DNA of 46,705 bases from Octopus sinensis (taxonomy: Eukaryota), in contig NW_021834622.1 in assembly GCF_006345805.1 (NCBI RefSeq), forward strand, positions 1 to 46,705, given 5' to 3'. This document shows, piece after piece, positions 11,983 to 24,986 of this stretch. A program made the position numbers and the translations under genes. The stretch's first letter is position 1. Every line of letters begins with the position of its first letter. The notes under the pieces are model-generated. The model had not been told where the DNA came from and made no database searches. It saw only the letters and a program-made list of their open reading frames with translations.

Positions 11983-12436
11983 TGCTTTTATGTTGCCTGT
12001 CTTGTTTTTACATCTGTTGCTTTCGTTGTTCGCAAAACAATTTCCTTTTCGATGTAATCCTATTTCATGTTTTCGTGCCTAAAACGCTATTGCATATGTG
12101 AAGTGAAGTGGTCGGCTGGTGGCGGTGAGCAGTCATCCCTACGGAGCTCAGAGCGCGCGACCCTAACCCCATGGACCCTAAGTAAGGCATGTGTAAAATT
12201 TGAATGTAATTGGTTATGTAGTTCTCAAGTTTTAGGGATTCACGCAGACAAACAGACACGCATTCTCAGTTTTATATATATAGATATGTATTATGTATGT
12301 ATATATACGTATATATGTATGCATATATACAAATTTGAATGTTTGTGTGTGTTTACAAAAAGTTAAACAACATGCATATACACTGAGAGACATTGAAATG
12401 TATTCATGCACACATCTACTCATTTATATATATATA

Positions 12437-12825
12437 CAAGCAGTAACACCCCCCGCTGTTGCTTGGGTTTGTTTCGACCCTTTAGAATTTGAATTTTTGA
12501 AAAGTAAAAGTTTTGCATTATGCAACTTGTTATTCTCTTCAAGCGAACATTTTTCCAGTTGAAATACACCGAAAAATGGTGACACGGCAGTCAAAAATCG
12601 TAAAAAATAGGGATTTTCATAGAAAAAAAGCACTTTTTTGATGTAAATAATTTTTGGTGTTAACATGGTCCGATTTGAATTTTATCTTCTACAGAATAAA
12701 GAGCAAGCCTTCTATCATACTCTCAATTTTGGTCAACTTGCGTCGCAGGGTCTCGAAGGAGATAGTGTTAGTTGAAGGCTACCAAACCTGCCACACACAG
12801 ACAGCTTCAGCTTTATATATATAGA
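12437..12825 (-). mobile_element. Non-autonomous Helitron, copy 1
   Basis: Minus strand begins A|TCTATATATATAAAGCTGAAG and ends with a degenerate GC hairpin and CTTG|T. Clearly homologous to 14226-14616 over ~390 bp. Confidence 0.8.
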
Positions 12826-13526
12826 TTTGCTACACACTACTTTCCGTCCTTGATAATGAAACTTGGTAGATCCAAAGTTAAACACACAGACACACACACA
12901 GATACACACACAGACACACAAGTTGAGTTTTATATATATAGATTTCTCAATGGGGATTTCAGGGGAGAGTTTCAGGGAGTGGCTGGCGATATATCGTGAT
13001 GATCAAAAATCCGGCCTGCTAAAATTTGGTTAAAGTGAGTCAAACTGCAGACTCAACACAAAATGGTCACATTTAATTCAAAGCGTTAAAAATGTTATGA
13101 AAACAATTGGTATGTGTTCACAAAGTCCAAACGATTGATACGAAAAAACCCTTCAGGCTACATCCCGAAAATTAATTTCTTTGCCGAATTTCTACAATGT
13201 TTACGGCGATTCGTTCTTATATCTTGATTTTTTATTTTTCATGCAATTTACGCATGCTTGCACGTGTGGTGAACACAGTTCACGTCAAACAGCTGACTGA
13301 GTAAAGTTTGCTATTCAATGCATGGGATAAGGCCTAAAGAAACACATTATCGATTTTTGCACTTGCGAGATGAATTTCGGAACAGAAATCGCGCAGTTCA
13401 ATTTTCATTCGCCTAAACTTTAAGTGACCCATTTTTGTTGGCTTGGAGGAGATGTGCCGGGAAGTTAAACACACAGACACACAGATACACACACAGGTAC
13501 ACAAGTTGAGTTTTTATATATATAGA
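12826..13526 (-). mobile_element. Two further Helitron 5' segments lacking their own 3' ends (5' termini at 12942 and 13526)
   Basis: Both begin A|TCTATATATATAAAA(A)CTCAACTTGTGT…CTGTGTGTTTAACTT on the minus strand. Confidence 0.7.
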
Positions 13527-14225
13527 TATAATTTAAATTACGATGAACGTAAACCAATAAACGAAGTTTGCTTTAGAAGCGTTGAGATGTTTTAGAAAGT
13601 TAAAGAAGTGCTTTTAAATTCTCAAACGCAGGATAATGCTGATAATATAGCCTGAACAGGATAAGCTACCCCTATTTTGCAGAAAAAAGAGTTGGCGGCC
13701 GGCCATCACCATTAAAACCAGAACCATCGATATATGGAGCTGACCAGCGATTATTCTTATATCTATAAGAATGCCATATTAATATGGCGATAACAATTAA
13801 TTTATATATATATATGTGTATATATATATATATGTGTATATATGTATATGTATATATATATATGTGTATATTATATGTATATATATATGTATATATATAT
13901 GTATATATACATGTATATATATATATGTATATATATATGTGTATATATATATATGTATGAAAAAACAAGTCACGATAGAAAATGCTAAAATAATTTTATA
14001 AATTTGAACACTATACAAATATTCCTTTAAAAAAACTTTTCTTTTAATTTTTCTAAATTTAATTGTTTAATCGTTACAGTTGAAAAGGTCTCAAAATGAC
14101 CGAAACTGGTACTGAAATGTTCTTTATAAAATTATTTTAGCATTTTCTATCTTGACTTGTTTTTTCATATATATCAACTTGTGTGTTCCTTTTCAGCCTT
14201 ATATATATATATATATATATATATA

Positions 14226-14616
14226 CTAGCAGTATCGCCCGGCGTTGCTCGGGTTTGTTTCGACCCGCTGGATTTGGGGTTTTTGAAAGGTAAAAATTTT
14301 GTATTATGTAGCTTGCTATTCTCTTCAAGTGAAAATTTTTCTGGTTGAAATATACCGAAAAGTGGCGACACAGCAGTGAAAAAATCGTAAAAAATATGGA
14401 TTTTCATAGAAAAAAGCACCTTTTTGATGTAAATAACTTTTGGTGTTAACATGGTCCGATTTGAATTTTATCTCGTAGGGAAGAAAGAGCAACCCTTCTT
14501 CTATCATACTATCAATTTTGGTCTACTTGCGTCGCAGGGTCTCGGAGGAGATAGTGTTAGTTGAAGGCTACCAAACCTGGCGCACACAGACAACTTCAGC
14601 TTTATATATAGAGAGA
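14226..14616 (-). mobile_element. Non-autonomous Helitron, copy 2
   Basis: Canonical 3' end: hairpin CCCGAGCAACGCCGGG, then CTAG|T. 5' end TCTATATATAAAGCTGAAG. No TSD; inserted in a TA tract. Confidence 0.85.
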
Positions 14617-14898
14617 TAACACACACACACATTAATACACATACACACCCACACACACTCACACACACACACACATGTATGTATGTATGGATGTATGTAC
14701 ATCTGTCCACTTCTTGCCATATTTTTATCCTTCACTTCCTACACACACGCGCACACACACACACACGCACACACACGCACGCACACACACACACACACCT
14801 TCTTAGCTTACAATTTGTTTCTTTCAACAATTGACAACTGAAGTACGCTCGCAAATTAATACTACGAAAACTTAGCGACAGAAAGTAAATTAAAAACC

Positions 14899-15565
14899 AA
14901 TCGTAAAATATTGAGTTTTCTCGAATTTTTGCTTAATTGGGGGTCAAATTGAAAGAAATTCCAATGCCATGACCCAATGGAATGTACTTCGAAAAATCAT
15001 AGGTAAATTCCAATTGAAGAAATTATGTAAGGAGTAAATCGTTATGTATTTATTTGTTTCTGTTTCCTGTGTACTTTTTTTGAGTAGTGGTTTAAGGTAC
15101 ACTTGCAAAGAGAAAGTAGGAGAAAGTGTGGTAATAGGGGTGAAGCAGTTGATATGAGAGAGGCAAATCGTAAAATATTTAGTTTTTATTTGTTTCTGTT
15201 TACTGTGTATTTTTTTGAGTAGTGGTTTAAGGTACACTTGCAAAGAGAAAGTAGGAGAAAGTGTGGTAATAGAAGGAGTGAAGCAGTTGATATGAGAGAG
15301 GCAAATCGTAAAATATTTAGTTTTATTTGTTTCTGTTTACTGTGTATTTTTTTGAGTAGTGGTTTAAGTTACACTTGCAAAGAGAAAGTAGGAGAAGTGT
15401 GGTAAGAGAAGGAGTGAAGCAGTTGATATGAGAGAGGCAAATCGTAAAATATTTAGTTTTCTCGAATTTTTGCTTAATTGGGGGTCAAATTGAAAAAAAA
15501 TGATATACCATGACCCAATCGAATCTACTTCGAAAAATCATAGGTAAATTCCAATTGAAGAAATT
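14899..15565. repeat. ~137-bp-period tandem array with A-B-B-B-A organisation
   Basis: aatcgtaaaatatt(t/g)agtttt junction motif at 14899, 15037 (degenerate), 15166, 15304 and 15440. Confidence 0.9.
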
Positions 15566-15652
15566 CTATATTGTACAATTGTATTAAAAACAAACTATGT
15601 CAGAGGCAGAGAAAATCTGCCTTTTATCATAAGAGATATATGTATATGTATA

Positions 15653-15700
<48 letters not shown>

Positions 15701-15701
15701 G

Positions 15702-15748
<47 letters not shown>

Positions 15749-16337
15749 TAAATTAGAGATAAAACCACTATTAGGCAATCAAACAGTGAAAAACATAAAC
15801 AAAACATAGAAATAAAATTAATTAATATAATATACAAAATATATAAAATATAATATTCAAAATTTAAATTATTTAAATTAAAAGTTAAAAATTTTAAAAA
15901 TGTTTTAAATTATTAATTTATACTTATAAATTTATATATATACATATATACACAAATATGAAAGAGAATCCACTATGTGGACGCTCTTACGCTAGATATA
16001 GATCCGCAAAGGGACTCAACCACTAAGAATTGTTCTCAGGAAAAAAATTTAGCACACTAAGACCGTAAGCGAGCAGGTCAAATGAAAAATAAAAATATAA
16101 TGTATATGTATATATATATATGTATATATAAGCGCACATACAAAAATATATAAATGCATATCTATGCACACTCATGCACATCCACAAATACACTGCATGC
16201 GCGCGTGTGTTTGTGTTTAATATATATATATATAAACATACACTCAAATTCGCATTTATAAATGTATATTTATACGCACGCAGAAAGTATGCTCGCATAA
16301 CTAAAATGTCCGTTTATATAAATCTGTACTTGTAAAT

Positions 16338-16350
16338 ATACATACATACA

Positions 16351-16386
<36 letters not shown>

Positions 16387-16630
16387 TACACATATATACA
16401 CACATATATATATACACATATACATATATACACATATACATACACTTATACATACATACACATATACATACATACACATATACATACATACATACATACA
16501 TGCACATATACATACATACACATATACATACATACATACATACATACATACATACATACATACATGCATGCATGCATACATACATACATACATATATATA
16601 TGCACATATATATATGTATATGTATAAGTA
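16338..16630. repeat. (CATA/TA)n microsatellite
   Basis: Visible directly. Confidence 0.95.
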
Positions 16631-16849
16631 TGAGTGTCATATACTGCATGTGAGATCCATGATTTGTCTTTGATATCCACCATTAGCCACCATTTGATAA
16701 ATTATCCACGTACCCCAGCGCCTCACCCATCTTCCCTACTTACATCCTCATTCACGCAACTACACGGACACCACGAAACAGCCCCGCTTTTAGATAGACC
16801 CTATTATATGATACGCACTAACAGCAGTTGTAGCGGCAGTTGTGCCAGC

Positions 16850-17560
16850 CCCACCTCTGCCACCACCGCCACCACCACCACCACCACCACTAGCACTACC
16901 ACCAGCACTACACCACCACCACCCCACCACCACCACCACCACCACCACCACACACCATACCACCACCACACCACCACCACCACCACCACCACCACATACC
17001 ACCACCACCACCACCACCACCACACCACCACCACCAATACCACCACCACCACCACCACCACCACTACCACCACCACTACCACCACCTCCACCACCACCAC
17101 CACCACCACTAGCACTACCACCAGCACTACCACCACCACCACCACCACCACCACCACCACCACCACCACCAATAACACCACCACCACACCACCACACTAC
17201 CACCACCACTACCACCACCTCCACCACCACCACCACCACCACCACCACCACCACCAATAACACCACCACCACCACCACTACCACCACCACTACACCACCT
17301 CCACCACCACCCCACCACCACCACCACCACCACCACCATCACCACCATCAACAACACCACCACCACCACCACCCACCACCACCACTACCAATACCACCAC
17401 CACTACCAATACCACCAATACCACCACCACCACCACCACCACCACCATACCACCACCACCAACACCAACACCACCACCACCACTGTTAGCAACAGCACCA
17501 CCATTACTACAAGTGCCCCCCACTGCGACCCCCACTGCCAACCCGCACCACCATTAAAAG
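16850..17560. repeat. (CAC)n trinucleotide expansion, ~700 bp
   Basis: Visible directly; source of poly-T/P/H and poly-V/G/W pseudo-ORFs. Confidence 0.95.
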
Positions 17561-17659
17561 CATAGCTTCCACTGCAACAAGCTCTACCCTGCAGCTATGA
17601 CCATTACAACCACAATGAAATCTCATTCACCACTATCATAATCAAAATATATATATATA

Positions 17660-17684
17660 CATATATACATACATACATACATAA

Positions 17685-17733
<49 letters not shown>

Positions 17734-18342
17734 ATACATATGTGTGTGTGTGCGTGTGTGTGTGTGTGAAATAAATGGGTCGATAGAGGAAAGCACAAAA
17801 ATATGCGAAAGTGGGACGGAAACACTCAAATAGTGACATGGAAAGCCTTTCTATGGATGGGTGGTTGGATGGCTATGGATGGATACATACTATAGATATT
17901 TAAATATATAAATGTATATATGTATGTATGTATGTATGTATTCAAATATACAGATTGATAAATAGATACAAAGTGACAGACAGTGGAAAGAGTATCAGAG
18001 ACAGAGAAAATGAGAAAGAACATAGATATATTATATATATATATATGTGTGTGTGTTTGTGTATATATATATATATATATAGATATATATATATATATAT
18101 ATATACACGCAACCACAAACAAATATATGTATGTATGTATGTATATATGTATGTATGTATGTATGTGCGTACGTACGTAGGTATTGATAGGAAAACGCAT
18201 AAATATATATATATGTAAATATGTAAATAGGCAAATAGACGACAAACTAGATAGATAGATAAAAAGATAGAAAAAATTCTGTCAGAAAGATGTACTCTTC
18301 TCCCCATCTAGACCTGTCTGTCTTTCTCATCCTCTCTCTCTA

Positions 18343-18417
<75 letters not shown>

Positions 18418-18750
18418 GTAAAAGTCTATATGAAGCTCAGCAAAGAGGGTGTTTGTAAAGTGCAAGATACATTGTGTGCCTGTGTTTGTGTGTCTAGTTC
18501 TGATAGTGAGAGTGAGTGAGAGTGAGAGAGATAGAAAGAGAGAGAGAGGAAGACTGAAAGGGAGAGATAGAAAATCAGGGGTGGGGTGGCGAGTTAGGGC
18601 ATGAAAAAAATCGCGTAAAATGAAAGGGTGGAGTTAATTCATCATGACCCTTTCATCTTTTTTTAGGGATGCTGCTTGTTATTGGCACACTAACAGTTCT
18701 TTATTTATTAATCATAGATTTATATATATATATATGTATGTATGTATATA

Positions 18751-18801
<51 letters not shown>

Positions 18802-19044
18802 ATATATATTTATATAATATATATATATCTATAATATATAATATATATAATGTATACTACATACATAAGTATATATATGAATGCATATATATAGGAAAAT
18901 GTATGAATATATATATATGCATGTATATACACATGTTTATTGATTATATTCACACACACCACACACGCACGCGTGCGCGCAGACATGTTTTCAAAACGGA
19001 CTTCGATAGCCTTTTCGCCACCATATCTTTCTCTCCCTCTTTCT

Positions 19045-19077
<33 letters not shown>

Positions 19078-19193
19078 ATATAATATATATATATATAATA
19101 TATATATATATATATAATATACATACATATACATATGAATTGTGTGTAAGACTGTGCATGTATTAATATATGCAACACATACATATGTGTGTG

Positions 19194-19239
<46 letters not shown>

Positions 19240-19526
19240 TACATATAACTATGAATTGATAAAAGGAAAATGTTTGTGTGTGTATGTGTGTGTGTGCGTA
19301 TTTCGTATATAAATTTATATACATTCTAAATGCAAATAAAAATGTATTTATATATGTGTATATATTAGTGCATTATATAAGTATGTATATATTATACATA
19401 CACCACACACAACACACACAACATATATATATATATATTATATAATATATATATATATATATATATATTTATGTATATATGCATATATATATGTATACAC
19501 ACACACAAACGCACGCACACACACAT

Positions 19527-19560
<34 letters not shown>

Positions 19561-19722
19561 GCACATATATAGAGAGTTACCGAAAGAGTGAAAAACAGAA
19601 TAAATGGTAAAAACAGAATAAAGATAGATCGATGGATCGATCAATAGATAGAGTGATAGACAGAGAGCTAGATACATAGACATGTAGATAGCTAGCTAGA
19701 TAAATAGATAGATAGATATGCA

Positions 19723-19763
<41 letters not shown>

Positions 19764-19810
19764 AGATAGATAGATAGATAGATAGAGATAGATGAGTAGA
19801 TAGATAAATA
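17660..19810. repeat. Cluster of (TA)n, (TATG)n, (TCTA)n/(GATA)n and (GA)n microsatellites
   Basis: Visible directly. Confidence 0.9.
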
Positions 19811-20052
19811 GATAGATTGTATTCATGGAGGTGATGTGTTGCGACACCAAAGAGATAATGAGGACTAATGTAGAATTTCAGATATCTGAGGCAATACCTG
19901 GGAGATATAGAGAGGAAGAAGGGATCGAGAAAAACGATAATGAGATGAAGAAGAGCATAATTGATGAAAAATGAAGGGTAAAAGAATATCGAAAAATAAA
20001 AATTTGGTAATGATGGAGATAGGGTAGTAGAAGTGTGTAGGTATGGGTGTGA

Positions 20053-20091
<39 letters not shown>

Positions 20092-20270
20092 GATAATAAT
20101 GGTATTTTTATATAAGCCTAAAGCTTATGGCGCTCACCGTGCAGTGACTAAGGAAAATGGTCTAATAAAGAGGCATGTAAGCCCTCGACAGAAAAAAGGC
20201 TTTCCTATCGGCGTGGGAGTCTAACCCACCACACACACACACACACACATATATATGTATGTATGTGTGT

Positions 20271-21503
20271 AAATCCTTACAATCCTTTAAAATATTTTAG
20301 CCCGAAGGCCGCGGCCATGCTGGGGCACCACCGCTGAATGAGCTACACTAATATGTGAATCCACCTCTGATACGTGGCACTTGATCAACAAGGGAGTTCG
20401 ATGCTGCTGCCCGCATCTGCGTCTCCTGTCGTGAGGTAGATTCATCTGGGACTCCCGACAAGAAGAGATCCAGTTTAGTTTTAAAGAAACCCACATCCAC
20501 ACCATGTAAGTTTCTCAGGCATTTAGGGACGATGTTAAAGAGCTGTGGTCCTCTGAAACCCAAGCTGTTGCAGTATCTGGACCTGTATTTTGATGGTGAT
20601 GTTGGAATCTTTGGCACCATGCAGTGGCGCCCCGTTCTGCGGTTGGAGTAACTTTGAATGCCAAAGTTTGGGACAAGACCCTCCAGGATTTTCCAGATGT
20701 ATATCACCGCATATCTCTTCCGCCTCCGCTCTAGGGAGAAGAGGTTTAATACTTTCAGTCTTTCCCAGTAGCTGATATTTTGCATTGAGACGATCTTCTT
20801 TGTGTAGCTTCTCTGAATTGCTTCGAGTTCTTCTGTTAGTTTTATATTGTGTGGTGACCATAGTTGGGAGCAGTAGTCCAAGCGGCTGTGGACGAATGTT
20901 TTCCAGAGGACCATCAGTGTCTCCTTCTCTCTTGTTCTGAAAGTTCAGAGAATCCATCCAGCTAGCCGTCTGCATTTTATCACCAGATTAGTAATGTGCA
21001 CTTGGAAAGATGCATCATTGCTCATGTAAATTCCCAAGTCACGCACTGATTTTGACTCAGGGATTGCAATTCTTCCTGGGCTAGTGTATCCAGTCTGCAT
21101 GTCGTTTACCTTTGTGTGCCGGTAGCGCAGGGCCTGGAACTTACCTGCATTAAACTGCATGTTGTTGTCCTCAGCCCACCTGTATATTGTATCCAACTCC
21201 TGTTGCAGATGCGCAATATTTTCAGGGTTTTGTATTGTGTGGGAGACTTTTGTGTCATCTGCATAGCTAGCAAGGGTGGCCATCGTAGCAACTGAAGGCA
21301 TGTCTGAAAGGGCCACTATGAACAGCAGTGGCCCCAAGACAGTGCCCTGTGGAACACCGCTTGTTATTTGTGTTTCCTTGGATGTGGCTCCATTGCTCAC
21401 AACTGCTTGTCTTCTGTCTTTTAGGAAGTTGTGCAGCCACTCTCCAAGTTTTCCGCCTATGCCGAGACCACGCAGTTTGTGACAGATCATACCATGGTCG
21501 ACT
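20271..21503 (-). mobile_element. 5'-truncated CR1/L2-group LINE: RT C-half, ORF C-terminus and 3' tail, with one in-frame stop
   Basis: VDHGMICHKL…SGVPQGTVLGPLLF…SYADDTK…FNAGKFQAL…VRDLGI…GWIL*TFRTRE…SRLDYCSQLWSPH…LEAIQRSYTKKI…SLERRR. ORFs 20945-21490 and 20348-20914 share a frame. Short repeat tail (aaggatt). Confidence 0.93.
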
Positions 21504-21522
21504 GTATATATATATATAAATA

Positions 21523-21558
<36 letters not shown>

Positions 21559-21698
21559 TGTATGTATGTATGTATGTATGTAGTATGTACGTATGTATGT
21601 ATGTATGAATGTATTTATTTATGTATGTATATATGTATATGTGTATTTATTTATGTATATATGTATGTATGTATATATATGTATATTTATATATATAT

Positions 21699-21730
<32 letters not shown>

Positions 21731-22062
21731 GTATATAACTAAAAATAAAGGTGTCTGAGACACCACCATAATTTATATATAAATTTATATATGTATATAT
21801 ATATATATGTATTATATATTATATATATGTATATATTATATGTATATATATATATATGTATATATTATGTATATATATATATGTATATATATGTTTATAT
21901 ATATATATATGTATATATGTGTGTGTGTGTATATATATATATACATATATGTATATAACTAAAAATAAGGGTGTCTGAGACCACCATATTTATATATAAA
22001 TTTATATATGTATATATATAATATATATCTAATATATATATATATATATATGTATATATATG

Positions 22063-22095
<33 letters not shown>

Positions 22096-22413
22096 GATAT
22101 ATATATGTATATATATGTATATATATGTATATATGTAATTATATATTATATATATGTATATATATAATATGTATATATATATATGTATATATGTATATAT
22201 GTAATATGTATATATATATATATGTACATACATACATAATATATATCGTATAAAATATATCAATATATATAAATATATATGTATGTATGTTTCTATATGT
22301 ATCTATGTATAAGCGCATTTAGCTACACACACGCATACATATGTGTATACATATATATATGTACGCATATATTGATTTTTCTGTTGTATGTATATGTGTG
22401 CATGTTTGCCTTC

Positions 22414-22468
<55 letters not shown>

Positions 22469-23052
22469 CATCTATCTATCTATCTATCTATGTACGCGTA
22501 TTTGCTTATACTCATGCAAGTATGCATGCACTCGCGTATCTATTTGCGTATGTCTTTATGCTTGTACGGACGTATATATTTTTGTATGAACGGTGTAAAT
22601 AATGATGTGTTTGTCATAAAGAATATTACACCAAGTTCAAAAAGATATGATAGCCTGTAGCTCGCTTCTTGATGATTCATGTTCTTGAAGTATATTTTAG
22701 TACATATGAAAGTTCTCGACAGTGATGTATGTATGTACGTATGTATGTATGTATGTATGTATGTATGTATGTATGTATGTATGTATGTATGTATGTATGT
22801 ATGTATGTATGTATGTATGTATGTATGTATGTATGTATGTGTGTATGTATGTGTGTGTGCGTGTGTGTGTGATCGGAAGGATGACTGGATGTAAATGTAT
22901 GTATGGATGTGTAAGCTTGTATGTATATTCGTGCGTATGTGTATATGTATATTTACAGACAATGCGTGTGTATGTATGTATGTATATATGTATGCACGTA
23001 TGTATAGATATGTATGTGCATGTATGTGTGTAAGAGTGGATGTACATATCAA

Positions 23053-23089
<37 letters not shown>

Positions 23090-23350
23090 ATATATGCATA
23101 TACGTATGATGTATGGGAACGAATAAATACATGGAGTACATACATCCATCCATACATATGTATACACAGACTCCCACATACATACATACATACCTACATA
23201 CATACATACATACATACATACATACATACATACATACATACATACATACAAACATACATACATACAAACATACATACATGCATATATATACATGCAAGCA
23301 TGCATACACACACACACATATGCATATTAGAGAGAGGGAGAGAGAGAGAG
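21504..23350. repeat. ~1.8-kb compound microsatellite field (TA, TATG, TCTA, TCTG, CATA, GA)
   Basis: Visible directly. Confidence 0.95.
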
Positions 23351-23961
23351 AAGCGATTACTAGCGATACAGAGAGAAAAGCATTGTTATTATATAAAAAA
23401 AATATGACTGCTTCTGATAAACAATAAGCATCATTAGTCATAGACTTGTTGATAAATATCGAATATGAACAATTCTTCAAGGTTGGTTCTTGCTGTCATT
23501 TCTTCATGTTATTCATAATCTTTGTTTCTCTTCTTAGATTAGTCAGTAACCGTTGAATTTGCTTTGTAGAATTAGTCAGTTTTAGTGTATGTGTTTACAA
23601 GAGGTATGAGAAATCTGTTAATTTGTATGACGAATCGAACTGTATTGGTTTCATGGTTGTTTAATCCTCACCATCACGTCATCACGAAAGGCATTCTAGC
23701 CGTGACCATCACACCATCATGTCATTTTAATCGGACATAGCTATCAAATGTGTTCCACGTTTCTCTTTCTCTCTCTCTCCCCCTCTCTCTCTCTTTCTTT
23801 AACAAATGGTTAGAAAGTGAGGTGTATGACCTGAGGGCGATGTGGCTGCTATTTATTGCATGCTAAGAGAAAGTAGGGGTTTCTTAGGTAGAACAGACAA
23901 TTGGCTTCTTCAATTGCAGAAAAAAAAAGGAATAATAATTCTAATTTTAATAATAATAATT

Positions 23962-24162
23962 ATTTCTAATATATGTACAAAGCCTGCAAATTCGGGTGAG
24001 GGGGTTAGTCGATTACATCGACCCCAGTGTTCATCTTTTATCGAACCCGAAAACATAAAAAGTAACGTTGACCCTGGCGGCATTTGAACTTAGAACGTAA
24101 AGTCGGAAGAAACGCCGCTAAGCATTTTTTTCCCGCCGTGCTAACGTTTCTCCCAGCTTGCT
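23962..24162 (-). mobile_element. SINE family B (tRNA-like head), degenerate
   Basis: Reverse complement of the family motif gttctgagttcaaattccgccgaggtcgactttg…ggggtcgatgtaatcgact. Confidence 0.75.
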
Positions 24163-24182
24163 AATATTACGTCCAAATCGTA

Positions 24183-24372
24183 GGCGGTGAGCTGGCAGAA
24201 CCCTTAGCACACCGGGCGAAACACTTAGCGGTAATTCGTCAGTCCTTACGTTCTGAGTTCAAATACTGCTAGTGTTGACATTGTCTTTCATCTTTTCGAG
24301 GTCGATGTAATCGACTAGAACCCTTCCTCTAAAACATTTCCGGCCTTGTGCCTATAGTAGAAAAGATTATTA
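24183..24372 (+). mobile_element. SINE family B
   Basis: ggcggtgagctggcagaa head, gttctgagttcaaat, gtcgatgtaatcgact, tail ggccttgtgcctatagtagaaaagattatt. Confidence 0.8.
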
Positions 24373-24986
24373 TTATTGTGGTTGTTGTTATTGCTATTGT
24401 TGCTATAATCTATTTGTGTTTTACTTAAACTCGTGTTGGTGCTTTTGTGAAATGTTCAAATTTCAGTTGCAATGATGTTTTATATCTTCGCTATTGACAC
24501 CCTGCCCTATGTTTGTATATATGATGACCTTCACGTTGAAAGTCATTTCACGCGACTAAGATAGGTTACACTCCAGCTTTAAATAAAAAAAAAACAAAAA
24601 ACAAAACAGAACATACTTGTGACTTGTAACAGTATATAGCTTTCAGCGGGTTGATATTTACAAAGGGTGGGATGTTGGTAAAGAAAGCGATATGAGAAAA
24701 CTGATGAAGGGGTTGTGATTATGTTCCTGTCCTTTATAGGGTCATGTGTGAAATAGTAAGGGATATAATTCTGATGTCGGTAAATGATTCGCTGAAAATT
24801 TATATCAATACTTCCATTATATGTTCTGTTACAAGGTGTTGGACTAAATTTGACAGTTTGCATAAAGTGAAAAGAAGACACAATATCTCATCGAAAGAGA
24901 TCAAAATGCCGACATCATAACAGCTGCTCAATGTTCTGTGAGTACAGAGTACAATAAGGGTTGCGAGTCGTGTCATGGACAGCTGC

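Noticed and set aside
14899-15565. CRISPR-like regularly spaced repeats
   Set aside because: Spacers are repeated rather than unique, the period is ~137 bp, there are no cas genes, and the context is eukaryotic.
18620-18665. 10-bp hairpin followed by a T-tract (intrinsic-terminator-like)
   Set aside because: Eukaryotic context with no upstream gene; such stems are expected by chance in AT-rich DNA.
24837-24945. Possible exon ending TCT|gtgagt
   Set aside because: All frames from the plausible acceptors contain stops; no homology recognised.
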